From Octopus vulgaris (taxonomy: Eukaryota), in the NCBI GenBank assembly GCA_951406725.2, contig OX597827.1, positions 67,270,001-67,334,000 on the forward strand: a stretch of 64,000 nucleotides of DNA, written 5' to 3'. Under the pieces are notes generated by a model. It was not told the DNA's origin. It did not search any database and saw only the letters and a program-made list of their open reading frames with translations. The translations under genes were made by a program, and so were the position numbers. Shown piece by piece: positions 26,285 to 39,990 of this stretch; position 1 is the first letter of the stretch; the number at the start of each line of letters is the position of its first letter.

Positions 26285-26529
26285 CTCTTTTACTCTTTTA
26301 CTTGTTTCAGTCATGTGACTGTGTCCATGCTGGAGCACCGCCTTTAGTCGAGCAAATCGACCCCAGGACTTATTCTTTGTAAACCTAGTACTTACTTTAG
26401 CGGTTCGGCAAAAGAGACCGATAGAATAAGTACTAGGCTTATAAAGAATAAGTCTTGGGATCGATTTGCTCGACTAATGGCAGTGCTCCAGCATGGCCGC
26501 AGTCAAATGACTGAAACAATTAAAGAGAG
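26285..26529. mobile_element. Two family C SINE 3' ends joined back-to-back (inverted repeat)
   Basis: 26285-26393 (-) is the reverse complement of ~26427-26529 (+). Both tails point outward. Confidence 0.88.
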
Positions 26530-27529
26530 CGAGTAGCAAGCGTTTTTTTTTTTTTTGAGGCCATGTTGCAATTTTATTTTATTTCATTTTTACCAGCGTA
26601 ATCACTCCCTAAACTGCTGTCTTAGAAAATACCCATTAGATCTGCTGATTCTAGGTTCTCTTAAAATGTGGATAAGTGAGAACCATTACAAATGGTTGAT
26701 TAAGTCAGGCTCGGGTTATACAAGAACAATAAATATCGAAAAATCCTGGAAGAGAGAGAGAGAAAATAACATGTTTGTGTATAGTTGCATCATTTTGCAT
26801 TAGTCTGCATATGAATTACTCTAGCAATCCTACAAATATTTAATCATTTATTCAGCAGCAATACTTCTAGCTTACAGAATATCATTAAGCAGAAATTATT
26901 CCCTTTTTTTTTTTTTTTTTTTTGTTTTGTGCAAACAATGAATCAATCTTACTAAGCAACCTAAACGTAAACCAATCATTTCATTGCTAGTCGTAGCTCA
27001 ACAAATCAACAACCAGCGAGTGAAGCAATTGTGTGTAGTAAATCAGTTAATGTAACTATGATGGGAACCGCTGTCGGATCGTTAAAATGAGTTGACATTC
27101 ACTCACTTAATAAAATATTTATTGAAGAAATTATTGTCAGAAATTTTTCAAGTCTGCAGTCGATCGCAAGAGGGACGGAAGAGCAAGTCATGCTACCAGA
27201 GATAAAAAGGTCAACAGTTCATTTCTCGTAAATAATTTCGTTTCATTTAATTAGTTTTTCTCTGTAGCCACTGAGTTATGTATGAGTAATATGTCTACGT
27301 TTCTCATGTTGCTTTACTGTTGTTGATATTGTTGCTCATGGTTAGGTGCAGGTCAAACCTGATTGAGCTGACCTATCTTCATATTCATTCCAAATGTGAC
27401 CATACCGTGTTTGCAGAGGTAGGACCGCGTTGTTTTAAATAACTTCCTTATGTTTGAAGAGATATGGTTCTTGTAATACGTAATAGAACGAATAGAAATA
27501 TTAATAATAATGGAAATAATTATTTATGA

Positions 27530-27721
27530 TTTAGGGACAAGACCTGAAATTTAGGGAGGGCGATAGTCGATTACATCGAACCCAGTACTCAACTGGTATT
27601 TATTTTATCGAACCTGAAAAGCAAATTAGCCATCGGCAGAATTTGATCTCAGAACATAAAGACGTACAAATACCGCTAATTACTTCGCCCGGCGTGCTAA
27701 CGATTCTGCCAGCTCAATGCC

Positions 27722-27817
<96 letters not shown>

Positions 27818-27920
27818 ATCATTTCTACTATAGACACAAGGAAATTTACTGGGAGGGGGATAACGATTACATCGACCCCAGCATTTCACTGGTACTTAAT
27901 TCTATCCACTCCGAAAGGGT
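27530..27920 (-). mobile_element. Degenerate SINE family B copies separated by (AAT)n(AGT)n
   Basis: Reverse-complement head (GGCGTGCTAACGATTCTGCCAGCTC) and core. Confidence 0.65.
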
Positions 27921-28286
27921 CGTGTTAACGGTTCAACTAGCTCACCGCATTTTTATATATTTTATTAATAATAATGATAATAATAATAATAATAATAATA
28001 ATAAGAAGAAGAAGAAGAAGGAGAAGAAGAAGAAGAAGAAGAATGAGGAGGGGGAGGACAAACTGGAGTAGGAGAAGGTGCTAAGTATAAAGATGATCCA
28101 TGTAATTTGTCATATTCTTTAAACCTTGGAGTTAGAAAAACGCTTATTACATGTTACGTTTGATTGACTCTCTTCGTGTCAATAGAAAAATATAGCAAGA
28201 AGAGAAAGAAAGAAAGACAAAGAAAGTAAGAACGATAGAGACAAGAAGCAGTGGAAGCAGACCAACAGCACCCAATCAAAAGATAT

Positions 28287-28498
28287 TCTTTTACTCTTTT
28301 ACTCTTTTACTTGTTTCAGTCATTTTGACTGCGGCCATGCTGGAGCACCGACAAATCGACCCCGGGACTTATTCTTTATAAGCCCAGTACTTATTCTATC
28401 GGTCCCTTTTGCCGAACCGCTAGGTGACGGGGACGAAAACACACCAGCATCGGTTGTCAAGCAATGCTAGTGGGACAAGCACAGACACACAAACACAT

Positions 28499-28537
<39 letters not shown>

Positions 28538-28697
28538 TACAACAGGTTTCTTTCAGTTTCTACCAAATCCACTCACAAGGCATTGGTCGGCCCGGGGCTA
28601 TAGCAGAAGACACTTGCCCAAGATGCCACGCAGTGGGACTGAACCCGGAACCATCTGGTTGGTTAGCAAGCTACTTACCACGCAGCCACTCCTGCGC
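28287..28697 (-). mobile_element. SINE family C, full length
   Basis: Head, internal (TA/TG)n, 3' stem-loop and (GTAAAAGA)n tail. Confidence 0.9.
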
Positions 28698-29204
28698 AAG
28701 AATTAAGAAAATTATTAGCAATTCAGAAAATTTCAAAGGAACATGCATAATGAGTAGATTATTCGATCTACGAGTGTTAATATAGTAAAAAACAAACATC
28801 TCTATTTCTCTTGTATGTTTATGTTGGATTAAATCAAGGTAGCAAGCCACTTAACTGATGGCGTTCATCGATGCAGAAATAGATTCACACCATTCTCTCC
28901 TTACCACTAGAAAAAGTAACAAAGATTGAATATTTTATAATAGCATCTTTATTAAGGAGTATCGTAGTCGAATTGGATATCATCTACTCGTCTCATTCAG
29001 TGTTGGTTTCAGCTACAGCTAGGGATTTGCTTACGTTCTTAAGAAACGAAGGTGATTGCAAAACAACATGAATTTGCATATTGCGTCGTATTCAGCAAAC
29101 CTGTCTTCGTCTTTGTCATCATAAGCAATGCCATGTTTTTGACAAAGACACATAATAGCGATCACTGTGTGTGTAAATATATAAGGATATCTATGTGTGT
29201 GTGT

Positions 29205-29410
29205 TTTCTTTTATATGTTTCAGTCATTTGACTATGGCCATGCTGGAGCACTGACTCAAGTCGAACAAATAGACCCCAGAACTTCTGTGTAAGCCTAGTT
29301 CTTATTTTATCGGACTCTTTCGCCAAACCGCTCGGTTATGGGGACGTAAACACACCAACATCGGATGTCAAGCGACGGTAGGGAGAATAAACACGGACTC
29401 ACAAATACAC
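29205..29410 (-). mobile_element. SINE family C, 3' half (diverged)
   Basis: TTTCAGTCATTTGACTATGGCCATGCTGGAGCAC tail motif and body. Confidence 0.75.
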
Positions 29411-29526
29411 ACATACATACATATATATACATACGCATGTGTATACACATATGTATATATATATATATCTATCATGGTGAATGGTGTATATATATATATA
29501 TATATATAAACACACACGCACACGCA

Positions 29527-29578
<52 letters not shown>

Positions 29579-30489
29579 CACGCATATACATATATTTATA
29601 TGCACACGTATAAGTTTCTGTTTGGGGGTGGTTTTATAGATAAATACGTAAAAGTTAGGTTCCTGTGGGCAGAAAAAAAGATCTAGCATTTAGGACCCTG
29701 GTCTTTATCTGCGTTTCCATTATGTTTGAAAGTTAAGTCCTAACCTCGTGGGATTGTTAATTCCTGTAATCTCCTTATAAATTCGAACGAGTTTCGATTT
29801 AACCGATCTGCTAAATAATTTTATGATCCACATCGATTCTGACATTTATCAATGACGACAGAAAGAGATTCAGTTTTTAAATGAGAAAACTCCTATAAAT
29901 TTCTTGTCATTTCATCTACATACACCAACACTTAATACGTTTAAACACAGAAACCATCCCATAATGAGTTATTGCAACATCTTTTCATGCAAGCTCGGCA
30001 GCTCGACAAACTACAAAGAAGAACAGTAAAAATCGAACGACTATTATTCATTAAGAAACCACGACAACTGATATTATTTACTGAATCCACAATCCTTCTT
30101 CCTATCGACGTCATTTTCTATTATTTTATTCCTTTCGTTTACTTTATTTCCTTCCTTTACAGAGATTCTGTTAAAGTTCATGTGCTTCAGTTAAGAATGA
30201 GACACACATCCTGTTCTCATTCATGTATTCTCTCTCTCGATTCTACTCTCCCTTTTCCTCCCTTTTTCTCCCCCCTCTATTCTAATTTCTCTCTGTTTTC
30301 TATTCTACTCAAAACATCTATTGTATAACAACCCACATCCTATCCGTAGTTCCTGGTATCTTACTACTAATTTATTCTTTTGTTTTGTGACATCGTTTGT
30401 AGTTACGGGAAAAAATAAAACAACAGAAATCATAGAAAACTATTTTCAGGCTGCTTCTTAATGAATAGCTTTCATTATATAAACTCATG

Positions 30490-30588
<99 letters not shown>

Positions 30589-30707
30589 ATGTAAGTGTAT
30601 GTATGTATGTATGTGTATATATGTATATATTTATCTATAAATATATATATATATATACATATAAATATATGTATATATATATACATACATATATATATGT
30701 ATACACG

Positions 30708-30739
<32 letters not shown>

Positions 30740-30749
30740 TATATGTATA

Positions 30750-30789
<40 letters not shown>

Positions 30790-30893
30790 TGTGTGTGTGT
30801 GTATGTATGTATATATGTACGTGTATACATATATATATGTATGTATGTGTATATAAATATATGTATATATATATACATATAAATATATGTGTG

Positions 30894-30926
<33 letters not shown>

Positions 30927-31103
30927 ATATATACGTATATGTGTATGAGTATATATGTGCATATATACATAGATGCATATATAGATATGTGTGTGCGTTC
31001 GTACGTAAGTGTGCGCGTGTATATAGGTATGTATATGTATACACACACATATATATATACACGCGCATATATATGTATATATATACGTATATATACATAC
31101 ATA

Positions 31104-31148
<45 letters not shown>

Positions 31149-31261
31149 GTTTGCATGTATTATATAGAGGGCGCTATTACACACACATATATATATGCAT
31201 ACTTATTTCTATATACATATATATATATATACATATGTGTGTGCATGTGTGTGTATATATG

Positions 31262-31351
<90 letters not shown>

Positions 31352-31579
31352 AATAAATAGGTAGATAGATAGATAGATATATAGGTATACGCACATGTGG
31401 AAACACACGCATACACTCATAAAGATAAAAGTGTATGTTGTACTTTGTAGAGCATTGTTTCATATTTATAGCACCATTATGCGATATTGAAATAACAAGA
31501 TGAATTAAACTATAGAGAAGGTAAAATGATTTGCAACATAGTAGAGATAAGGGGAAAATTTAGAAAGGCGGGAGAATGG

Positions 31580-31627
<48 letters not shown>

Positions 31628-31802
31628 AGAGTGATAAATAATAAAAGAATGAAAGTGTGGTAAAATGTTAGGTTCGGAAAAATAAATTTTGAATAGTTAC
31701 ACAGGACCTGTTCTCAGAAAGTATATCATATTTATATATATCTATCTATATATATATATATATATATATATATGCCTCTGTGTGTGTGTGAATGTGTGTG
31801 TG

Positions 31803-31856
<54 letters not shown>

Positions 31857-32079
31857 AGTGTGTGTATGAGTGTGAGAGAGAGAGAGAAAGAAAGAGAACT
31901 TATGTATGCATATATACATACATTCACATGAAATACTTATAGACACTACTCGTACATATATACATACATATATATATAAACATGCATATATATATATATA
32001 TTTATATTTATATATAAACATATGTATCTCATATATATATACATATCTATAAGTATATATATATATATATACATGTATA

Positions 32080-32121
<42 letters not shown>

Positions 32122-32638
32122 TATTCCATATACATATATATGCGTACATGCATATACATATACTTGTATGTAGGTATGCATATATGTACGTATGCATGTA
32201 TGTATAAATATATGCACATAGGCACACATGTTCTGATTAGCTGCACACAGCATGCTCTTAATCTTGTCTGCAGATGTGATTCGTGGTGTGTTTCAAAACT
32301 GTTTCAATGTCACAATTTTTTCCTGTAAAGTGCTTATAGCTGTTTAACTAAACACAGTATTCATTTACGTGCGGGCGTGTGTGTATGTGTGCATTTGTAA
32401 GATTGTGCGTGGTGAGAGCGTCCTGCGGTATGTATGTATATATGTATGTTTCTGAGTACGTTTGTCAGAGTATGTTTCTGTATGTGTATATGTATGTATG
32501 TGTTTAAGCAGGTGTGTGCGTGTGTCAGTGTGTCTTTGTGTGTGTCGGTTTGTTCTAATTTATGATCGTGTGTATATCTAAGTTTAATCGGTGTAATTCT
32601 GCTGTGTATGCAACAATCTGTCTTTCGTTGCAAAATCC

Positions 32639-32691
<53 letters not shown>

Positions 32692-34463
32692 GAGAATTAT
32701 GCATGTCTCTGTCTGTCTGTCTGTATGAATGCATATGCATGCATATTTTCATAAACATGCGCTGACACTACGGACCACACACATGTACGTATATACATAC
32801 CGACCTACACACACACACACATTCATACACACACACACATTCATACACACACACACACTCACTTACAAGTGTGCATGTATCTATTACGTATTTATGCATG
32901 TATGTATGAATGTATGCATGTATGTAAGTATGTCTGTTTGTATGTATGTAAGTCGGTATATATGTACGTATGTATGAATGTATACATGCATGTATATATG
33001 TGTGTATGTATGTATGTATGTATGCATGCATGTATGTATGTATGTATGCATGAATGCATGTATGCATATTGACTTCTTCAGAGAATCTTCGTTTCAGTTC
33101 GTCTGCCACGAATGAAGTCCGCCATGTCTTCGCTACCTTTCGAACATTTTAAATATTTACATCTATCATTCTTTTCCTCCATAACTACGTGAGATATATA
33201 TGTTCATCACCTTGTCTTATTCTGATCGCAGCCCATAGCTTATTTTTTGTTGTCGTAGTTGTTATTTTTGCTGTTGTTGTTCTTGTTGTTTAAATGCATA
33301 TTTAAACTGTGAAATTACTCATAATATATTTTGCTATACCTCTATTGTTAAATCTGGATTTCACTGACGAGATCCAGTAACACCGAAATCTATCTGAATC
33401 TATCATCTCATCTGATAAAGAGTATAGTGTTACATAACTTTCTCCTTTTGAGCTGCCAATCAAGGATAATGAAGGAGAAATATTGATATTCTTCTGCCTA
33501 ATGGGGTGATAGTCACAGTCCAACGACTACTTTTGCCTACTTCATTAGGAGTATTCAAATATATGAGATTCGTGTCCGCAAGACTGCACAGGGACAAAAA
33601 CTTGATATATCCTCATAAACATACGCAGACACTACGGCCCACACACATGTACGTATATACACACCGACCTGCACACACACATTGATACACGCACACATAT
33701 ATTCGTATGCATGAATGTATATATCTATGTATGAATGCATGCATGTATGTATGTATTTATGTATGTATGTATTTATGTATGTATGTATTTATGTATGTAT
33801 GTATTTATTTATAAGTTGTAACGGTCCTAGACTAGTAATTTTTGCCACTATAACGTGGCTGTTTTATTCAACACTTACTACATTTTAACCCTAGGAAAAC
33901 ATCGTTTCCACCTGATTAAGGTGACACAACTTGTGTCCAATATATTGATAGTAAGGGAGTGGATCCGTTCGCTCCCTTACGCACAATATATGATTCACGT
34001 TGTGTGTCATTAACTAGCTGGAATAGATGTCTTCCTGGGGTTTAAATGTTGTAACATAGCTCTGTATAGAACAGCCACGTGTGTGTGTGTGTGTGTGTGC
34101 GTGTGTGTGCAAATTAAAAGGGTGGCTTATTAGCAAATGGAACCTAAAGGCAAAATTAATAGGGGTCATAGCAGTTACTGAATAGCAACGCTTTTGCTAA
34201 AAATAAGAGTTAAGAAACCCAAAAGCCACAAAAGCCGTGTTACTGACTAACAAAAGGCGGTAAGGCCTCAGCGTACATATTCGAATCGCAATTTCGGATT
34301 TTGACGTAGACCATATTGATCCTCAGCAGTGACTCTTAACGCCTAGGGTTAAACTCAAATTTTTCTGTCAGTCTCATAATAAATACAGTGGAAAACATAT
34401 GTGACCCCTATTAATTTTGCCTTTAGGTTCTATTTGCTACTAAGGCACCATTTTTAATTATAT

Positions 34464-34535
<72 letters not shown>

Positions 34536-34561
34536 ATACAGAGAGAGAGAGAGACGAAACG

Positions 34562-34649
<88 letters not shown>

Positions 34650-34861
34650 GACTGCATGTTTGTAGCCTATGTATGTATAGAACACGCAGAAACAAAGAGG
34701 GGAGGAGATTAGGCAGCAATTAAATATCCTTGCGCTTATGTACAACGTTCAGCTTGTGCATGCGCCTTGTATCATTACCCTGAGATCGGAGAGAATGAAG
34801 AGCCTTGAATGAAATGAAGAAATACAGTCAAATAGTAAGAATAACAGAAAGTTTGTGTATA

Positions 34862-35246
34862 TCTTTATATATAAAAGTGAGGTTGTGTGCTGTCTGTCTC
34901 CTACGATTTAGATTCCTAACTGCTCCCACATTTTGCGGTGCAGTTTAACCAGAACCGGGTATCTTATAGTCGTGATTCATATCGAACCCTTCTGTCTACG
35001 ATTTTAAAAATAATTTACCATCAATTTTTCCCATTTTTAATGCATTTTTGGCATATATAAGGGAAGTAACTCTCTAAAAATTTATTATTAAATCTCAGAA
35101 CGTAAAAAGCTACAGTAACACCCCCCACACACACACACACCTTTGTGGTTAGCCATATTGAGATGGCTATTATACTATACATCTCTAAAAATGCTTATAT
35201 AGTTATGTCCCTTACAAACCCGAGCAACGCCGGGCGATACTGCTTG
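34862..35246 (+). mobile_element. Non-autonomous Helitron-like element
   Basis: Starts A|TCTTTATATATAAA and ends with hairpin CCCGAGCAACGCCGGG plus CTGCTTG|T (degenerate CTAG). The 3' end matches the element at 6-418. A fragment recurs at ~40490-40540. Confidence 0.6.
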
Positions 35247-35869
35247 TGAGAAATAATAAGGAAATAACATAACAGGAAAGAAGTTATGAATAGCTTTCGT
35301 AAAAGGGATAAAACGCGAAACGTATAAAGATTAAAGAGGTCCAGCGAGACAAAAGACGAGCTCTTCAATAGTTAGGTAGGGCTTCATGTAGCTTAGACGG
35401 AGAATAAAAGAACGTCAAATACCCACGTGAATAGAGACCGACCAATCAATGCACAGCTGTAGGATTTCAATAGATTGAATTATCTGTGATGCAATGGTGT
35501 ATACCAAACTCATAATGCTTGTATTTCTTAAAGATAAATGATAATGAATATTAACAAATTCAGATTAAATATCGATTTTTGCAGTTAGGATTTTCATATC
35601 TTCGTTGCATGTCGACATGAATTGATATTGAGTAGACATATTACACGTTTGTTTTTTGTTTTTTTTTTTTTGGGGGGGGGGCAGGATTATCAAATATTCA
35701 ATAGCATTTTCAGAATGCCAGTCTGTAAACAGAATCATAGTCTAAGGGGAAATGGTACATGTACATTTACATACATGCATAGACACACGCACACGAACAT
35801 ATATATATATATGTATATGTATGTAAGGTTCTCTCTGTGTGCGCGTATGTGTGCGAGTGTATGTGTGTA

Positions 35870-35913
<44 letters not shown>

Positions 35914-36022
35914 CATGTATGTATATATATATGAATATATACATATATATATATATACACACACATACATATATACATATATATATAAATATAAATAGAG
36001 ATACATATTTATATATATATGC

Positions 36023-36083
<61 letters not shown>

Positions 36084-36490
36084 CACATACATATATATAT
36101 ATACATATAGATACATATATATATATATTTAAATACGCGCACAGAGTCACAGACACATATATCTGTATAAGTGTGTGTGTGTGTGTATGTGTGTATGTAT
36201 GCACACATGCACATATGTACGTATGTAAATGTATATGCATGCACATATTTGGATTTGAATGCATAGGAACAGGTGCAGAACACACGGAAGCGAAGTTCTT
36301 TGATTCTTTGATGTCGATGCTGCTTTCCGACGGCACAGTTTATTTCCTCAAGTTTCAGTTCTTCGTTGCCAAAGAAATTCCTAACTGTAAGACAGCGATG
36401 AAGACAATTCGCATTTTCGGGTGTAAGTGTGTGCAAGTGTCTTTGCGTGTTTGTGCGATAGGTGCGTACATACAAAGTCACACACTCAAG

Positions 36491-36527
<37 letters not shown>

Positions 36528-36731
36528 ACACGCACACACTCACACACACACACACAAATGCATATATACGTTAATATAAGACGGAGGAATGAGAAAGGCG
36601 TGCTCAATATCTGTTGTAGATTTTATAGCCATTTTAGCAAGACAAAAAACTAATGACGGCCTTGAGATTTGAGTTTAACGCCCATATGATAATCAGCAAT
36701 CAGCGATTAATCTGCTAATCACACCGAAACA

Positions 36732-36773
<42 letters not shown>

Positions 36774-36886
36774 GAGCGGTCGAGGATGGTTTGTCTGGGA
36801 TTACTCATATTAAACGGGTATGTTCGATTTTTAGTGCTCTCAAATCCAAACCTAAAGAAATCTTGGGCTGATGACGGAAATGTTGA

Positions 36887-36919
<33 letters not shown>

Positions 36920-37019
36920 GACGTTGTGTGGTAAGTAGCTTTCTTCTCAAACACATGGCCTCGTGTTCAGTCCCACCTTGGGCAAGTGTCTTCTACTATA
37001 TGAATTACGAGCCAGAAAC

Positions 37020-37460
37020 TGCAGCTTAGAAGAAAAGTCTTGTCCTGGAACCTCTGTAGAGCTCAACGAGGACATCCTGTAAACCCTGGTGGAGAGAAAT
37101 TCCATCGGAACTGTTGAGGAAGTAGCGAAGAATCTTGGATTTGGTCATTCAACCATTCATCGAAACCTTCGTGCCATCGGAAAATGTCAGTATATTGGGT
37201 CAATGGGGTCCTCATGTTTTCCAAGTCTAATTGTGCGCAGAGTGTGAATGTGTGCTCTTCTTTGCTGTCACCTCTCACGAATGAACCTTTTTTGGACCGA
37301 ATAGTGACCGATGACTAGAAATGGGTTCTCTATAAAAATATCAAGCACCGAAGACGGTAGGTAGCTAAAAGAGAGACACCGACACGCCAGGCTAATGAAG
37401 GTCTTCACCCACGTATATTGTTGTTATTGGTTTGGTAGAATATCAAAAGTTTAGTCCACG
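37020..37460 (+). pseudogene. Mariner transposase relic
   Basis: Translation with stops and frameshifts: HTH-like TVEEVAKNLGFGHSTIHRNLRAIGK, GQWGPHV (cf. WVPHEL), FLDRIVTDD*KWVLY (cf. IVTGDEKW), LHPR.LLLLVW. Confidence 0.85.
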
Positions 37461-37599
37461 CACGCGCATCTTCTCTTGTTGGGATCACTAATATTATTAT
37501 TATTATCTGCCTTTCATTTAACATCTTTTGTATTATTACGTCCCTTTCTTTCAAACACTATTCTTCCAATCATTCGCCATGCTGGACCGCTGAAATCTA

Positions 37600-37770
37600 C
37601 ACGATCTTTTCATTCTCTCTTTGTTTATTTTCTCTTATTCGTTTCTATTGAAGAGCGCAGGCTCGAAACGTAAAAGACTTTTTCTTTTTTCCTGAGCGTC
37701 AAACTATTACATTTCCTTGTTGTTCATTCACCTGTCTTCGTCTTTTGTTTTTCTATAAATTTCAACTATA

Positions 37771-37775
<5 letters not shown>
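37600..37775 (+). mobile_element. Short Penelope-like repeat with a degenerate hammerhead-like motif
   Basis: TTGAAGAGCGCAGGCTCGAAACGTAAAAGAC..TTCCTGAGCG. Homologous to 51885-52040 and ~38160-38220, and ends in (TA)n. Confidence 0.5.
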
Positions 37776-37810
<35 letters not shown>

Positions 37811-37821
37811 CATACATACAT

Positions 37822-37899
<78 letters not shown>

Positions 37900-38683
37900 G
37901 TTTATTTATGATCAGTCTTGGATCTTACTGTGCTCTGTTGTTGATCTTTGTCACACCAATCCGCCATGACTTCACTAACTTTACTAACTTTCATTTCCTT
38001 ATATATATGTTTTGTCTCTCATTTCACCCCTCCCTACTCTTCCATCATGCCTGAACACGTGCGCTCTTTTATCAGTTTTCTGTTCTATTTTGTTTCTTTT
38101 TTTTTTTTTTGGTTTCTTCTCTCTTTGTCTATTCTTTTGTGTCTTTCACAAGAATGTTTACACGAAACGTAAAAGACTTTTGCTTCTATTTTTTTTTCCG
38201 ATTTCCTGAGCGTAAACCTAATACGCTCCGTTTGTTTTTGTTGTTGACTTACCTCGTTTCATATTATATTTTATTTGCATAACACGCACGCACACACACA
38301 CACTCACACACACACACGTATTCGATGCACATACGAACACATGTTTAGAAGCACATTTACAATACGTATAATCACATACACGCATACACACACATTGCCA
38401 TTTTGAGAGAGAAAGCAATAAACAAGGCCTGTTATAATACATATAATTGGTTTAGAGCTCACTGCAGTATACTTAGTACTTGACGTGTAGATCATCCAGC
38501 AACGTTTCTATCTCTTTGTAGTTAATATGCATTTGGTTCACAACCTGCTCATTTTGAGGGAATTTATAGCGTTTTTAATAGGTGTAATACCTCATATCAT
38601 CAATGCCTTTTATTTGTCGTTAAGTATATGTTTTGATTGGTGGATAAGATTTTAGAATACCCACTGCTGATCAGTGACAGTTA

Positions 38684-38889
38684 TACGAGAGGTTTCTGAA
38701 AAGTTCCTGGAACTCGGAAGAACAAACCTTCCGAGTTCTTTTACAGGGCTTAGAAAAACGGAACAACCGCTTCAATAAATGTCAATCTGCGAGGGAAATA
38801 TATTGAGTAAAATCATAATTAACCGATCCTCGTGTATTTTATTTTTACCCAAAGCCCAAAAGCCAGAAAATTTTCAGTACGCCTTCGTA
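38684..38889 (+). mobile_element. Internally deleted mariner element (MITE-like)
   Basis: TA-flanked imperfect TIRs TACGAGAGGTTTCTGAAAAGTTCCTGG / CCAGAAAATTTTCAGTACGCCTTCGTA. It retains a transposase C-terminus (..LRGKYIE*). Confidence 0.75.
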
Positions 38890-39587
38890 TTTCCTGAAGA
38901 GTTATAAAAGAAAAGAAGTGCTTCGTTTGTGGAGGGGTACCTACATGCTTTTCTAAATAGTGTGTTTGTTGATAAGATTTTATGCTTGTGAAAGTGTTGT
39001 TTCAATGCTTCCATAGACGTATATGAATCTCAATGTATTTCAATAACAGACAAAAAGCTTGTAAATCCTAGAACAATCTATTAATGACAAATGTTATTTC
39101 TGAATCCAATAGTAAATGTGAAAGTTGTAAACTTCTCAATTGCCACTGCAGCATTCTCTATAATATATCATATAAAATTACACCACCTTTCTATCAGCTT
39201 AGCAGACACCTATAATAAGGTGCAATTTCAATGCACACCACATAGCTATATAATGAAACCAGATAGAAGAACAATACCTGATAATGAAATTATATTCTAC
39301 AGAACGTCATCCTATGATAATAAATTGGAGGTTTCTGGTGGAAGCAATACAAATAACTCAGCACAAAACGAAAATGAACATACATAAAATATACACCAGC
39401 CATAGATAAAAATAAACAACTGTCTATTCACACATATACACATAGACACACGCATACATAACGTCTATTATGTCCAGTTATTTTATTCTAAACTGGATAT
39501 AGCCATTTTCAGTGCTCGTAGAAAACTGTATTAACCGAATTCCATTAGATTTCCACGAAGCCATGATATGAGACTAATATCTGTCCC

Positions 39588-39677
<90 letters not shown>

Positions 39678-39680
<3 letters not shown>

Positions 39681-39990
39681 GGTGCATGGCTCAGTGGTTA
39701 GAGCGTCGAGCTTACGGTCGTGAGGTTGTGAGTTCGAATCCCGGACCGGGCTGCGAGTTGTGTTCTTGAGCAAGACACTTTTTTTCACGTTGCTCCAGTT
39801 CACTCAGCTGTAGAAATGAGTTGCAACGTCACAGGTACGAAGCTGTATCAGACCCTTTTTGCCTTTCCCTTAGATAAAACTGATGGTGTGGAGAGGAGAG
39901 GCCGTTATGCATGGGCGACTGCTGGTCATCCATAAATAATTTGCCCGAACTTGTGCCTGGGAGGGTAACTTTCTAGATGCAATCCCATGG
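39678..39990 (+). mobile_element. tRNA-derived SINE family D
   Basis: A-box TGGCTCAGTGG and B-box GAGTTCGAATCC, then TTGAGCAAGACACTT..TTGCTCCAGTTCACTCAGCTG. A degenerate relative lies at ~17590-17710. Confidence 0.8.

Noticed and set aside
33357-33400. CTGACGA...CGAAA..TC with TTCA/TGAA flanks, as a possible hammerhead
   Set aside because: Stem II has essentially one base pair, and a competing CTGGAT/ATCCAG hairpin sequesters the core.
39678-39750. Possible tRNA genes at SINE heads (also 63720, 44711, 21500-21565)
   Set aside because: A/B boxes are present, but there is no complete acceptor stem or terminator, and they run straight into repeated SINE bodies.
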